A program made the position numbers and the translations under genes. Below the pieces are notes generated by a model. It worked only from the letters and a program-made list of their open reading frames with translations. It searched no databases and was not told the origin of the DNA. Of a stretch of 64,000 nucleotides of DNA, positions 55,955-64,000 are shown piece by piece. Source of the stretch: Candidatus Curtissbacteria bacterium (GTDB lineage: Bacteria; Patescibacteriota; Microgenomatia; Curtissbacterales; GWA2-41-24); contig JANLHP010000022.1 of NCBI GenBank assembly GCA_024654445.1, positions 15,332 to 79,331 of the forward strand. The letters are read 5' to 3'. Each line of letters opens with the position of its first letter. The stretch's first letter is position 1.

Positions 55955-56670
55955 CTCAAATCTTGGGAGAATTTTTGCCTGAATTGAACAAGTTTTCTCA
56001 TATACTCGATTGAATCGGGAATTAATCTCACCGTCGATTTCTTGTCTGGTCTTTTTATAAACAGGACCGGAATCTCCGTTATTTTCAGATTTGCAACCAG
56101 TGCCCTTGCGCAAATTTCGGTATCAAAAAACCAACCATGGTCGCGAGTTTTTGAAAGAACGGGCAAAATTTTCTTCCTATTAAAAAATTTGTATCCCGCC
56201 TCTGTATCCTTAAACGGAAGGCTGATTATTTTAGAAACTAGTGCGCAGTATGATTTCGACGCCACAACTCTCATTACACTTCCAGAGCTTATTTCGTAAT
56301 AGCGAGTGGCAATCGCCATATCACTCCCATTTTCAATTTCTTCAATAAACAGAGGAATATAACTTGGGGAAATTTCACAGTCAACGTCAATAAAGCCACA
56401 TATAGTCCCATCTGCAGCCTTTATTCCATCGCTAACAGACTTACCTCTGCCTTGATTTTTCTTGTGATATATCGCTTTAAAGTTTTTATCAGACGCGACA
56501 AATTTTTCAATAGACCTTTTTGTTTCGTCGACGCTTTTGTCTTCGACAAAAATAATTTCCCAGTTGATTTTTAACAATTTAAGGACCAAAAAGATTGACT
56601 GGACGCTTTCTTCAAAAGTAGGGCCTTCGTTATAGCAGGCAAGAATTAAAGAGAAGTCAACTTTTACCAT
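55951..56670 (-). CDS. GT2 polyprenyl/dolichol-phosphate glycosyltransferase-like
   Basis: SLILACYNE, VEDKS.D, N.GRG, DVD, DTEAGYK, WFFDTE. Confidence 0.8.
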   Translation of the reverse strand: MVKVDFSLILACYNEGPTFEESVQSIFLVLKLLKINWEIIFVEDKSVDETKRSIEKFVASDKNFKAIYHKKNQGRGKSVSDGIKAADGTICGFIDVDCEISPSYIPLFIEEIENGSDMAIATRYYEISSGSVMRVVASKSYCALVSKIISLPFKDTEAGYKFFNRKKILPVLSKTRDHGWFFDTEICARALVANLKITEIPVLFIKRPDKKSTVRLIPDSIEYMRKLVQFRQKFSQDLR

Positions 56671-56688
56671 ATCAACTGATCTTGTATT

Positions 56689-58059
56689 CTAAGGTAATTC
56701 GGGGCAGTTCTCAAATTCAACAAAACAGTACTTATAATTTTTTTCCCTGAACCAGAAATCTATTGCCTTTCCGGTACCTAAAGAAATGTACTGATCCTGT
56801 GAAGATGCATTATTCGCACCATCAAAAATTAACATAGAACCACTTGGTAAATTTTTGTCTTTTACATTTTTAATCGCTTCTTTTGCGACGATACTTCTTG
56901 CAATAACCCAGCTGTTTTTCATCGCAAGTGTTTGTCCATAAGTTGCAATAATCAAAAATAAAAGAGCAAGAGAAACTAAGTGAGATGACTTCAGTTTTTG
57001 AACAGCAAAGCCGATAATCCCGCTCAACCCAAATGCGCTGATTACCATGTAATGCGCACCCAGGTGACTCGGTATCAAAACAAACGGGAAAAGGCCAACA
57101 ACTGTTATAAAACAAAGAAATATAAATGTTCGTAAGTCGTCTTTGTTTCTAAACCCCCGAATATATATAAGGCAAATCACAAAAAGGTATGAAATAAGAG
57201 CAAGCGAAAAAAGACTCTTCCCTTGGCCTTCAACAAAACCGAGTATCCTTAACAGATAAAATCTAAAAGTGAAAATTGTCCTTTGCGAAATCTCGAGGAC
57301 GTAAACATTCAAAGTATCGGGGGGAGTAAAAAATAAAAGCTTTACTCCCGAAAAGAGAACAGTCAACGCAAAAAGTGCTGATAAAAAAGAAAAGTCACTC
57401 TTTATTCCGAGCGAAAAATTCCGGCTTTTAAGCCGGGGATGAAGCGAATCTTTGAGCGAGGAAGAGAGAACCACGGCCGAAAGAACGTGGGAATCTATCC
57501 TTTTAAGAAAAACAGAAGTCGCGACAAATATTAAAATACCAACAACTATCGCTTCCGTTGCAAGCAATGAAAGAAAATAAAATAAAAATGCCCCAAGCTT
57601 TCTTTTTATAATAAAAAGATAAAGGCTAAGAGAAAAGAACAGAAATCCAATATTCACCGCTCCTCCGGAAATCCAGAATAGGGAAGTGAAGTGCAAGGGG
57701 TGAGTAGCGTAAACAACAGACGCGAAAAAACCAGAAATATTATTTTTGAAAAGTTTTCCAAAAACCAAAAAAACCATAAATGCGCAAAGAGTGTGAATGA
57801 GAAGAATTACTACGTGGTAAGCAGGGTAAAATTTCCCAAAAAGATTACCTGTTATAAGAAAAAACAAGTTATGTATAGGTCGCCAGTGAGTAACTTCTGG
57901 AGGACCGAATACATTTTGTAAATCCACCAAAAAGGAATTTTGAGAAAAATTATTTATTAAAATAAAATCATCTTGAGCGAAGAAATTAAAAAGAGATCTA
58001 AACCATACTACGACAATAACTAAAGTTAAAATCAAAAAAACAACCGAGTTTTTACTCAC
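56689..58059 (-). CDS. GT-C-like membrane glycosyltransferase carrying an in-frame palindromic insertion
   Basis: QDDF after TM1, WRP, HP.H...FW, many TMs. Likely GTG start at 58059, 7 nt after a TGaTAGAAT box. Confidence 0.65.
   Translation of the reverse strand: MSKNSVVFLILTLVIVVVWFRSLFNFFAQDDFILINNFSQNSFLVDLQNVFGPPEVTHWRPIHNLFFLITGNLFGKFYPAYHVVILLIHTLCAFMVFLVFGKLFKNNISGFFASVVYATHPLHFTSLFWISGGAVNIGFLFFSLSLYLFIIKRKLGAFLFYFLSLLATEAIVVGILIFVATSVFLKRIDSHVLSAVVLSSSLKDSLHPRLKSRNFSLGIKSDFSFLSALFALTVLFSGVKLLFFTPPDTLNVYVLEISQRTIFTFRFYLLRILGFVEGQGKSLFSLALISYLFVICLIYIRGFRNKDDLRTFIFLCFITVVGLFPFVLIPSHLGAHYMVISAFGLSGIIGFAVQKLKSSHLVSLALLFLIIATYGQTLAMKNSWVIARSIVAKEAIKNVKDKNLPSGSMLIFDGANNASSQDQYISLGTGKAIDFWFREKNYKYCFVEFENCPELP
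57406..57498 (+). mobile_element. Palindromic element copy (93 bp) inserted in-frame in a CDS
   Basis: Begins TTAT|TCCGAGCGAAAA, hairpin CCGGCTT-TT-AAGCCGG, GATGAA, and ends CCACGG..CGTGGGAATCTAT. Left end resembles copies A-C; right end resembles 17599-17715. Confidence 0.72.
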
Positions 58060-58066
58060 AGTTTTA

Positions 58067-58114
58067 ATTCTATCATCGAAGAATGGCAAAAATATGAATT
58101 CTGCCTGATATAAT
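58067..58114. promoter_or_regulatory. Back-to-back divergent extended -10 promoters
   Basis: TGaTAGAAT (minus, 58067-58075) is 7 nt from GTG 58059. TGaTATAAT (plus, 58106-58114) is 9 nt from GTG 58124. Confidence 0.55.
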
Positions 58115-58123
58115 CAAGTTTAA

Positions 58124-59707
58124 GTGAATGGACTCCTTAAACTACTTATCGCGGCTGCTCTTTTAAACTCTTTGTCGTGGATTATTTTAACTCCCGTTTG
58201 GCAATACCCGGATGAACAAGCGCATTTTTCTCAAGTACAGGATATGGCGGAAATTGGATATGTACCAACAAGCCTAAACACGTCCCAAGAAGTTTCCCTC
58301 TCTGAACAAATACTTGAAACCGAAAGAAACAACCTTGGAAACAACAAATTCACGTATCACCCGGAATATAAAATTAATTATGGCAACGGTTGGTATGGCC
58401 CCAGAGAACGGGAGCTTGCGCAATTACAAGAGTCAGAGCGCACAAACTTTGTAAAAAATGAAGCAACTCAAAACCCTCCTTTTTACTACACGCTCGCATC
58501 TATTTTTTATAACATCTTTGACGGTGGCAGTATCCTCAATCGCGTGTACGCGGTAAGGTTTATGTCTGCATTACTTTTTGTCGCAAATATTTATGTCGCG
58601 GCAAAAATTGGAAACATTGTCTTCCCTAAAGAGAAAATTTTAGCTTTCACAATTCCCACGCTTGTTGCTTTCAAGCCAATGCTTGTCCATGCGTCAACCG
58701 GAGTACTTCCCGACACGCTCACGAATCTCCTATTCAGCGCAGTACTGCTCGTTTGTTTAAAGATCATGACAGTTGGATTAAAAACAAAGTTCCTCCTTAT
58801 AGGGATTGTGCTCATAACAGCAGGAGTTTTTACTAGGCAGCAATTTCTTCTCGCAGTTCCAATTTTGGCAATAAGCGCCGCATTTAGCGTTTGGAAAAAG
58901 AAGAAGGTTCTTTCCTTGACAATCGCCTCAATTCTAATTATTGCAATTTGCCTTCTTGAAGCAGGTTACAGGTTTGCGTCAACCCCTTTTATTTCTTATT
59001 TTCGAATCCCGGAATTAAGTCTTATCAAAGTAGAATCTCTCGCAAGCGAATCAATTATCGATTATTTGAAATGGTCAATAAGGCAAACCATAGCTCAAAC
59101 TCTGCCTTGGTATTGGGGAGTCTACAAATGGCTGTCTTTAACAGTGCCGCATTTAAATTATCAAATTATAAATAGAATCATAATAGTCTCAGTCGTAGGA
59201 GTACTTCTAAGGTATTTCTTAGCCTTCCGTAACCGAAAATTTACCCAACAAGACGTATTGTTGACGTTTTTGATTATCGCAAGCCTTGTTTACTTTGCCC
59301 TCTTTTTAGTCTGGGATTACTTTTTCGTTCAAACTCACAATTTCCCATTTGGTTTTCAGGGAAGATATTTTTTTCCGCTCGTAGTTGCACATATAACGAT
59401 TCTATTGCTTGGGCTTATGGAAATTGCCCGATTAATTTTAAAAGACAGGGCGTGGCTTTTGGCACCTTTACTTGTCGCGGCGATGATTATTTTTAATTGG
59501 GTTTCTCTGTTTACCGTTGCTTCCTCATACTACGGCACATCAAATCTTAACCTTTTTATAGATCAGGCCAGTCAGTACAAACCCGAAATCGTAAAGGGTA
59601 ATGCAATCCTTCTTATACTGCTGCTATCAATTGTGTCCCAAATAATCCTCGTTTTAAATTTTTCTAAATTTACTCTCAAGCATCCTAAATGGCAAACAGA
59701 AAGGTAA
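58124..59707 (+). CDS. GT-C membrane glycosyltransferase (DUF2142-like)
   Basis: PVWQYPDEQAH, QNPPFYY, YWGVYKW, QGRYFFP, many TMs. Confidence 0.72.
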   Translation: MNGLLKLLIAAALLNSLSWIILTPVWQYPDEQAHFSQVQDMAEIGYVPTSLNTSQEVSLSEQILETERNNLGNNKFTYHPEYKINYGNGWYGPRERELAQLQESERTNFVKNEATQNPPFYYTLASIFYNIFDGGSILNRVYAVRFMSALLFVANIYVAAKIGNIVFPKEKILAFTIPTLVAFKPMLVHASTGVLPDTLTNLLFSAVLLVCLKIMTVGLKTKFLLIGIVLITAGVFTRQQFLLAVPILAISAAFSVWKKKKVLSLTIASILIIAICLLEAGYRFASTPFISYFRIPELSLIKVESLASESIIDYLKWSIRQTIAQTLPWYWGVYKWLSLTVPHLNYQIINRIIIVSVVGVLLRYFLAFRNRKFTQQDVLLTFLIIASLVYFALFLVWDYFFVQTHNFPFGFQGRYFFPLVVAHITILLLGLMEIARLILKDRAWLLAPLLVAAMIIFNWVSLFTVASSYYGTSNLNLFIDQASQYKPEIVKGNAILLILLLSIVSQIILVLNFSKFTLKHPKWQTER

Positions 59708-60849
59708 CCCTCGACGTTAAAAGAAATTTAGCAGTCATACTGCTTTTAGTTTTCGCAACTGCCCAATTCATTTTAATCCTGCGCCACAAAAATCCATACG
59801 TTTCAGACAGTTATTTTTATAAGCATACATACTATCAACTTAAAGGTTTAAGCTACGACGAGGCCCAAGCAAAAATCATTAGCGAAGTAGACCTGATAGC
59901 AGCGGACGAAATTACCAGAAATTTTTTTCAAAACAAGGAAACTTACGCTAATTCGTATTCATTTTTCCAAAAAAGACCCTTTTACCCTCTTACCGCGTAT
60001 TTGGCAAGCCTATTTAATCTCAACGATTATTTATCTTTTCAAATACCCGTATTTACCGCTTATATCTTAAGCGTTATTCTTGTGTTCCGCCTGTCAAAAG
60101 AAGGACTGGGCTACTTTTTTGCTATCATTTCAACTGCACTTTTTGTTTCTTTCTATCCGTTTCTTGACAGTTCAACTTATTTTTTAACAGACACAATCGG
60201 TTTTGCCTTTTGGTTAAGCCAGATATTCACGATTTACAATTACATCAAAAGTAAAAAGAGCAAATGGCTTATATTCTTCTTTATCTCTCTCTCAATCTCC
60301 CTCTTAAACAGAGAGCAAAGCGTTCTCATGGCGCCACTACTTATGAGCGCTTTAGTCCTTCAAAAACTCCTCTTACTAAAAGGCGCGAGTCAAATTAAAA
60401 AATTGCTCTTTGTTTCCTTCATCCCAATAATCTTATTCATCACTGTCTCCTTTATGTTAAAACTCCCAAATATATACGACACCATCAGCTACACTCAAAA
60501 TAATTACGGCTTGCGTTCAAACAAATTTACAGCGGAAGAAACTTTTAGGTATATGGCAAACGCGATTAAGATATCACATTATGTTTTTATAAGAGACATC
60601 GTCAGTCACCACTGGTGGTTACTCTTGTCCGCGCTGGCAGCAGTTAGTGCTTTGAGGTCTTTGGTAAAAGGGAAAAGAAATAATTTGGACATCCTTATTG
60701 TAAGCTCGGCCCTAGCTTCGTATCTGGCTATTTTTATCTATCCCGTTTTAAGTTACAGATATTTCTTGCCAATAGTTTTCGCTGTTTCATACTTCAGCGT
60801 AAAAATACTCCGAGATTATAATAAGGAAGTTATGTCAAAAAACAAATGA
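59689..60849 (+). CDS. Polytopic membrane protein, probable GT-C glycosyltransferase
   Basis: SDSYFY after TM1, KRPFYP, LTDT, NRE, RYFLP. Confidence 0.55.
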   Translation: MANRKVTLDVKRNLAVILLLVFATAQFILILRHKNPYVSDSYFYKHTYYQLKGLSYDEAQAKIISEVDLIAADEITRNFFQNKETYANSYSFFQKRPFYPLTAYLASLFNLNDYLSFQIPVFTAYILSVILVFRLSKEGLGYFFAIISTALFVSFYPFLDSSTYFLTDTIGFAFWLSQIFTIYNYIKSKKSKWLIFFFISLSISLLNREQSVLMAPLLMSALVLQKLLLLKGASQIKKLLFVSFIPIILFITVSFMLKLPNIYDTISYTQNNYGLRSNKFTAEETFRYMANAIKISHYVFIRDIVSHHWWLLLSALAAVSALRSLVKGKRNNLDILIVSSALASYLAIFIYPVLSYRYFLPIVFAVSYFSVKILRDYNKEVMSKNK

Positions 60850-61385
60850 AAGCCAGGGAAGAGCTAGGCACTAAAAAAATTCTAGAGTTTGCGTTTTTTT
60901 CCTTTCTCCAACTGATTTATTGCCTCCTGTTTTTACCGCCTTTAAAAAAGATTTCCCTGGAGCTTTTGGGCGCCCGAATAGGGCAGGGGACAGTCATCAT
61001 GAATGCCAAATTTTTCAACTTGCACCACAATGGACTTAAAGGGTTCAAAACGGGAAGAGATTGTTTTATTGCCGATGATGTCCTTATCGATCTTTACGAC
61101 AACGTAACTCTCGAAGACCAAGTAACTCTGGCACAAAGAGTAACTGTGCTTACACATCTAAATGTGGGGTACAAAGATCATCCGCTTCAAAAGTATTTCC
61201 CGAAAAGATCAGAACCTGTAGTCTTTAAAAACGGTTGTGTAGTTGGCGCAAGTTCAACAATTCTCAGTGGCGTGACAATTGGAGAAAAATCCTTTGTTGC
61301 TGCCGCAAGCCTTGTAACAGAAAATGTGCCACCAAATACATTAGTTGGCGGAGTACCCGCGAAAATAATTAGGAAAATTAAATGA
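60846..61385 (+). CDS. Hexapeptide-repeat O-acyltransferase (WcaF/Maa-like)
   Basis: LLGARIG, VGASSTILSGVTIG, VGGVPAK. Confidence 0.85.
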   Translation: MKAREELGTKKILEFAFFSFLQLIYCLLFLPPLKKISLELLGARIGQGTVIMNAKFFNLHHNGLKGFKTGRDCFIADDVLIDLYDNVTLEDQVTLAQRVTVLTHLNVGYKDHPLQKYFPKRSEPVVFKNGCVVGASSTILSGVTIGEKSFVAAASLVTENVPPNTLVGGVPAKIIRKIK

Positions 61386-61945
61386 TGATTCCATTCTATG
61401 AATCATTAAGGCCACTCATCCTGCCTTTAAGTCAGATAGACAGCCTTCTGCCAAAGCAAGGAACAATCGTTGAGCTTGGATGTGGTCAAGCAGTAATTGC
61501 AATCTATCTGGCAAAAAACAAAAAAAGAAAAGTAATTGGAGTCGACCAAGACACTTCGAGGCTTCCAAAAAATTCCACAAAAAATCTAAAGTTTATAAAT
61601 GCCGATATCAGAACTTACAAATTGGAAAAAGCGGACGGGGTAGTAATATCAGATGTCCTTCATCATATCAGTTCAAAAGACCAAGAAAAAATCCTCCAAA
61701 ACATTGCAAATTCTTTAAGAAAGGGCAAGATATTGATTATAAAAGAGATCGACACGGAAGAGAAAGTTAGAAGCAAGTTATCACGTCTCTGGGATTTTAT
61801 CCTTTACCCTAGGGACCACATCGACTACTGGAGCTCGAGCGCCCTTAAGTCTCAGCTTGAGCGGTTAGGCTTCAGGGTTGAAATAAAAAGAACTATAAGA
61901 CCGTTTCCGGCGTCAACCACCCTATTTATTTGTATAAAAATGTAA
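61382..61945 (+). CDS. Class I SAM-dependent methyltransferase
   Basis: VELGCGQ, GVD, SDVLHH, LIIKE. Confidence 0.8.
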   Translation: MMIPFYESLRPLILPLSQIDSLLPKQGTIVELGCGQAVIAIYLAKNKKRKVIGVDQDTSRLPKNSTKNLKFINADIRTYKLEKADGVVISDVLHHISSKDQEKILQNIANSLRKGKILIIKEIDTEEKVRSKLSRLWDFILYPRDHIDYWSSSALKSQLERLGFRVEIKRTIRPFPASTTLFICIKM

Positions 61946-61982
61946 TTTTTCCTAATAAATATGTGAGAAACTCATTTTTCAT

Positions 61983-63581
61983 ATGTACAAAAATTTAATC
62001 CGACATTGGCCACTATTGCTGATTGTAATTCTGGCATTTGTCTTAAGAGTTGTAAATCTAGAAAAACTTTTTTACTTCACATACGATGAATCTATACCTG
62101 CCTTCGTCGGAAGGAGACTGATTCTCACAAACCACATACCACTTATCGGGGGAGTAACACCCTTTGGATTCCACCTTGGACCATACTTTTACTGGCTCTT
62201 GGCACTGCTCTTATATATTGGCAAGTTAAATCCAATCGTGTGGGGAATTGCGGGGGCTCTTTTAGGAAGCGCCACAACTTTTATGGCGTATGTTGCGGGA
62301 CAAAAGTTCCTGAACAAAAAAGCCGGCGTAACGGCTGCCGTGTTTTGGGCATTTTCTTTTCTTGCGAATCTGTACGACAGACACTTTTGGGCTTTGTCTT
62401 GGGGTCCAATTATTTCACTGATCGTGTTGTTTTCTCTTCATGGAATAATCAAAGGAAATTCAAGATTTGTTTATCCACTCGCTGTCTCTGTCGCTTTTGG
62501 TATCCACGCCGACCCTTCCAACCTCGTATTTGTATTGCTCGTTGGGCTGGTGTGGGCAATCTACAAGTTGCCAATTACAAGACACACGCTTCTTGCCACG
62601 AGCTTAATTATTTTCTCATTCCTTCCCCTTGTCGCTTTCGACCTTAGACATGATTTTGCAAATACTCGACCTATGATTTCTCATTTCAAAAACTTTTCAA
62701 ACCGGCAGCCAGATCAAAAAACACTTTCACAAAGAGCGACTGACAACGCTATCATATTTCCCGCGGCCTTCGCGAGACTCGTTTATACTCTTGGAGACAA
62801 CGAAGTCTCTAAACAATACTCATACTGTGGAAATTACGTCGCCGAAAAAACAAGAATTATTCCAGTGTATTTGATACTACTGGCATCATCCCTCCTTACC
62901 GGCTTTGCGCTTTGGGGATTCAACCAAAAAACCAAAAACCCCGCCATCTTTATATCAGCCCTTCTTCTCGTAGTTTATTTTCTTGGCATCCAACTTTATG
63001 GAACCCTTGCAAAAGCGGATATTTTTGAACATTACATTTCAGGGACTTTCGCGATTTTTCTTTTAATTTTGGCAAAGGTTGTAAGCAAATTACCAAGAAA
63101 GCTTTGGCTCGTCGTACTGGCAATCTTTGTTGGCGCTAATCTCTACAAGCTGTTAATTGCCACCAACTCGCATGGGCTAACACAAAAGAGAGAGGCAATA
63201 GAATATGTTAATTCCAGAGTAGGGGACGCGCCTTTCTCCCTAGAATCAGTTTCTACGTGCTGGAAATACAATGGCTACAGATACCTGTTTACAGTTTTTG
63301 GCAAAGAACCCGTCAAAAGTTACGTCGACCCAAATTTCGCTTACCTTTATGGAACGACGACAGTTTGGGAAACCCACCCCGGCACGGTAATCGCTTTTGT
63401 TACTCACGACTTTTCTGAGGAGACCGAAGAGTTTTATAAAAGATATGCGCTTTTAAAATCCCACGAGGTGAGTTCGGGAATCTTCGGTAATATAGAAGTT
63501 ATAATGATGGATAACCAGATAAAATGGTTCGATGACATTAACACTAGTGTTAAACCGCCTTCTTTTGAACAACAGCGCTAA
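61983..63581 (+). CDS. GT-C glycosyltransferase (ArnT/GT39-like)
   Basis: AFVLRV....F.YDE, PLIG, LGPYFYW, many TMs. Confidence 0.75.
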   Translation: MYKNLIRHWPLLLIVILAFVLRVVNLEKLFYFTYDESIPAFVGRRLILTNHIPLIGGVTPFGFHLGPYFYWLLALLLYIGKLNPIVWGIAGALLGSATTFMAYVAGQKFLNKKAGVTAAVFWAFSFLANLYDRHFWALSWGPIISLIVLFSLHGIIKGNSRFVYPLAVSVAFGIHADPSNLVFVLLVGLVWAIYKLPITRHTLLATSLIIFSFLPLVAFDLRHDFANTRPMISHFKNFSNRQPDQKTLSQRATDNAIIFPAAFARLVYTLGDNEVSKQYSYCGNYVAEKTRIIPVYLILLASSLLTGFALWGFNQKTKNPAIFISALLLVVYFLGIQLYGTLAKADIFEHYISGTFAIFLLILAKVVSKLPRKLWLVVLAIFVGANLYKLLIATNSHGLTQKREAIEYVNSRVGDAPFSLESVSTCWKYNGYRYLFTVFGKEPVKSYVDPNFAYLYGTTTVWETHPGTVIAFVTHDFSEETEEFYKRYALLKSHEVSSGIFGNIEVIMMDNQIKWFDDINTSVKPPSFEQQR

Positions 63582-63595
63582 GACCGCATGCCACG

Positions 63596-63656
63596 GCCCT
63601 GAGTAATCGAAGGGGCTCTATATTAGGCCCGCAGTGTTTTGACGAGGACCGCAAGC
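63596..63656. repeat. Intergenic palindromic elements (CCCTGAG..TCGAAGGG unit plus element core)
   Basis: GCCCTGAGTAATCGAAGGGGC followed by TTAGGCCCGCAGTGTTTTGACGAGGACCGCAAGC. Confidence 0.6.
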
Positions 63657-63679
63657 TTTGCTTATACTCAACGAAGTAA

Positions 63680-64000
63680 ATGCTGACAAAGTTTAAAAAC
63701 CTTCTTTTCACAAAAACCGGCAAAGATACAGGCATAGTGTTAGCAGGAACAGTAATAAATGTTATCGCCGGAGGTTTATTCTTTGTGATTGCCCCTAGAC
63801 TCCTTGGCCCGGGAGATTTCGGAATATTTTCAACTGTAGTCGGAACTTGCTTGCTCGCAGTTTCAATTTCAAGCTTTGGAATAGACACCGGCATATTAAA
63901 ATTTGCTACCCGAACATCACCGAATGCGCCTTTCATCTTATCCGTTGCTCTGAAATCATATTTAGTTATCGGAGCGACAGTCGCGATCGTCGGGGTGTCT
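63680..64000 (+). CDS. Oligosaccharide flippase (Wzx/MOP family), 3'-truncated; absent from the ORF track
   Basis: Manual translation MLTKFKNLLFTKTGKDTGIVLAGTVINVIAGGLFFVIAPRLLGPGDFGIFS...SFGIDTGILKF matches the Wzx N-terminal R.LGP..FG...G pattern. Confidence 0.8.
   Translation, partial: MLTKFKNLLFTKTGKDTGIVLAGTVINVIAGGLFFVIAPRLLGPGDFGIFSTVVGTCLLAVSISSFGIDTGILKFATRTSPNAPFILSVALKSYLVIGATVAIVGVS

Noticed and set aside
54818-56113. Long apparent gene overlaps from ORF-track starts (e.g. 56113, 48810, 44268, 20581, 8358)
   Set aside because: Downstream ATG/GTG starts give typical short overlaps and match the family N-termini, so the extensions are artefacts of longest-ORF calling.
63550-63936. 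128-aa minus-strand ORF in the track
   Set aside because: Antisense shadow of the plus-strand flippase starting at 63680; it also runs through repeat DNA.

Overview
The whole AT-rich 64-kb window is one very large surface-glycan locus of about 60 tightly packed, often overlapping CDSs. It uses the standard code (TGA is a stop) and extends past both edges. The abundance of GT-C membrane glycosyltransferases, the scarcity of Shine-Dalgarno sites and the extended -10 promoters just upstream of start codons suggest a CPR/Patescibacteria (Microgenomates-like) host; this is inference. Modules in order: (1) GT-C genes; (2) a pseudaminic-acid module (pseB, pseC, pseH-pseI fusion, spsF/pseF, amidotransferase plus hisH2/hisF2, no recognisable pseG); (3) a CDP-3,6-dideoxyhexose module (rfbF, rfbG, rfbH) with co-opted dmpF/dmpG and a YerE-like ThDP enzyme, which fits an erwiniose-type C10 branched sugar; (4) a second ulosonate module (neuB-kdsC-SDR-ALDH-neuA-transketolase); (5) a GDP-6-deoxyheptose module with three further ThDP systems, two methyltransferases and an AKR-ParB-like fusion; (6) wzm/wzt, UDP-GlcA enzymes, wecE, more GT-C genes and a flippase. 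Overlaid on this is a family of short palindromic, IS200/IS605-like non-autonomous elements that insert after TTAT. They sit at module boundaries, supply gene termini, and in one case form a clean 93-bp in-frame insertion inside a membrane glycosyltransferase. No tRNA, rRNA, CRISPR array or transposase gene was seen. All functional calls come from motif recognition by eye, not database searches.
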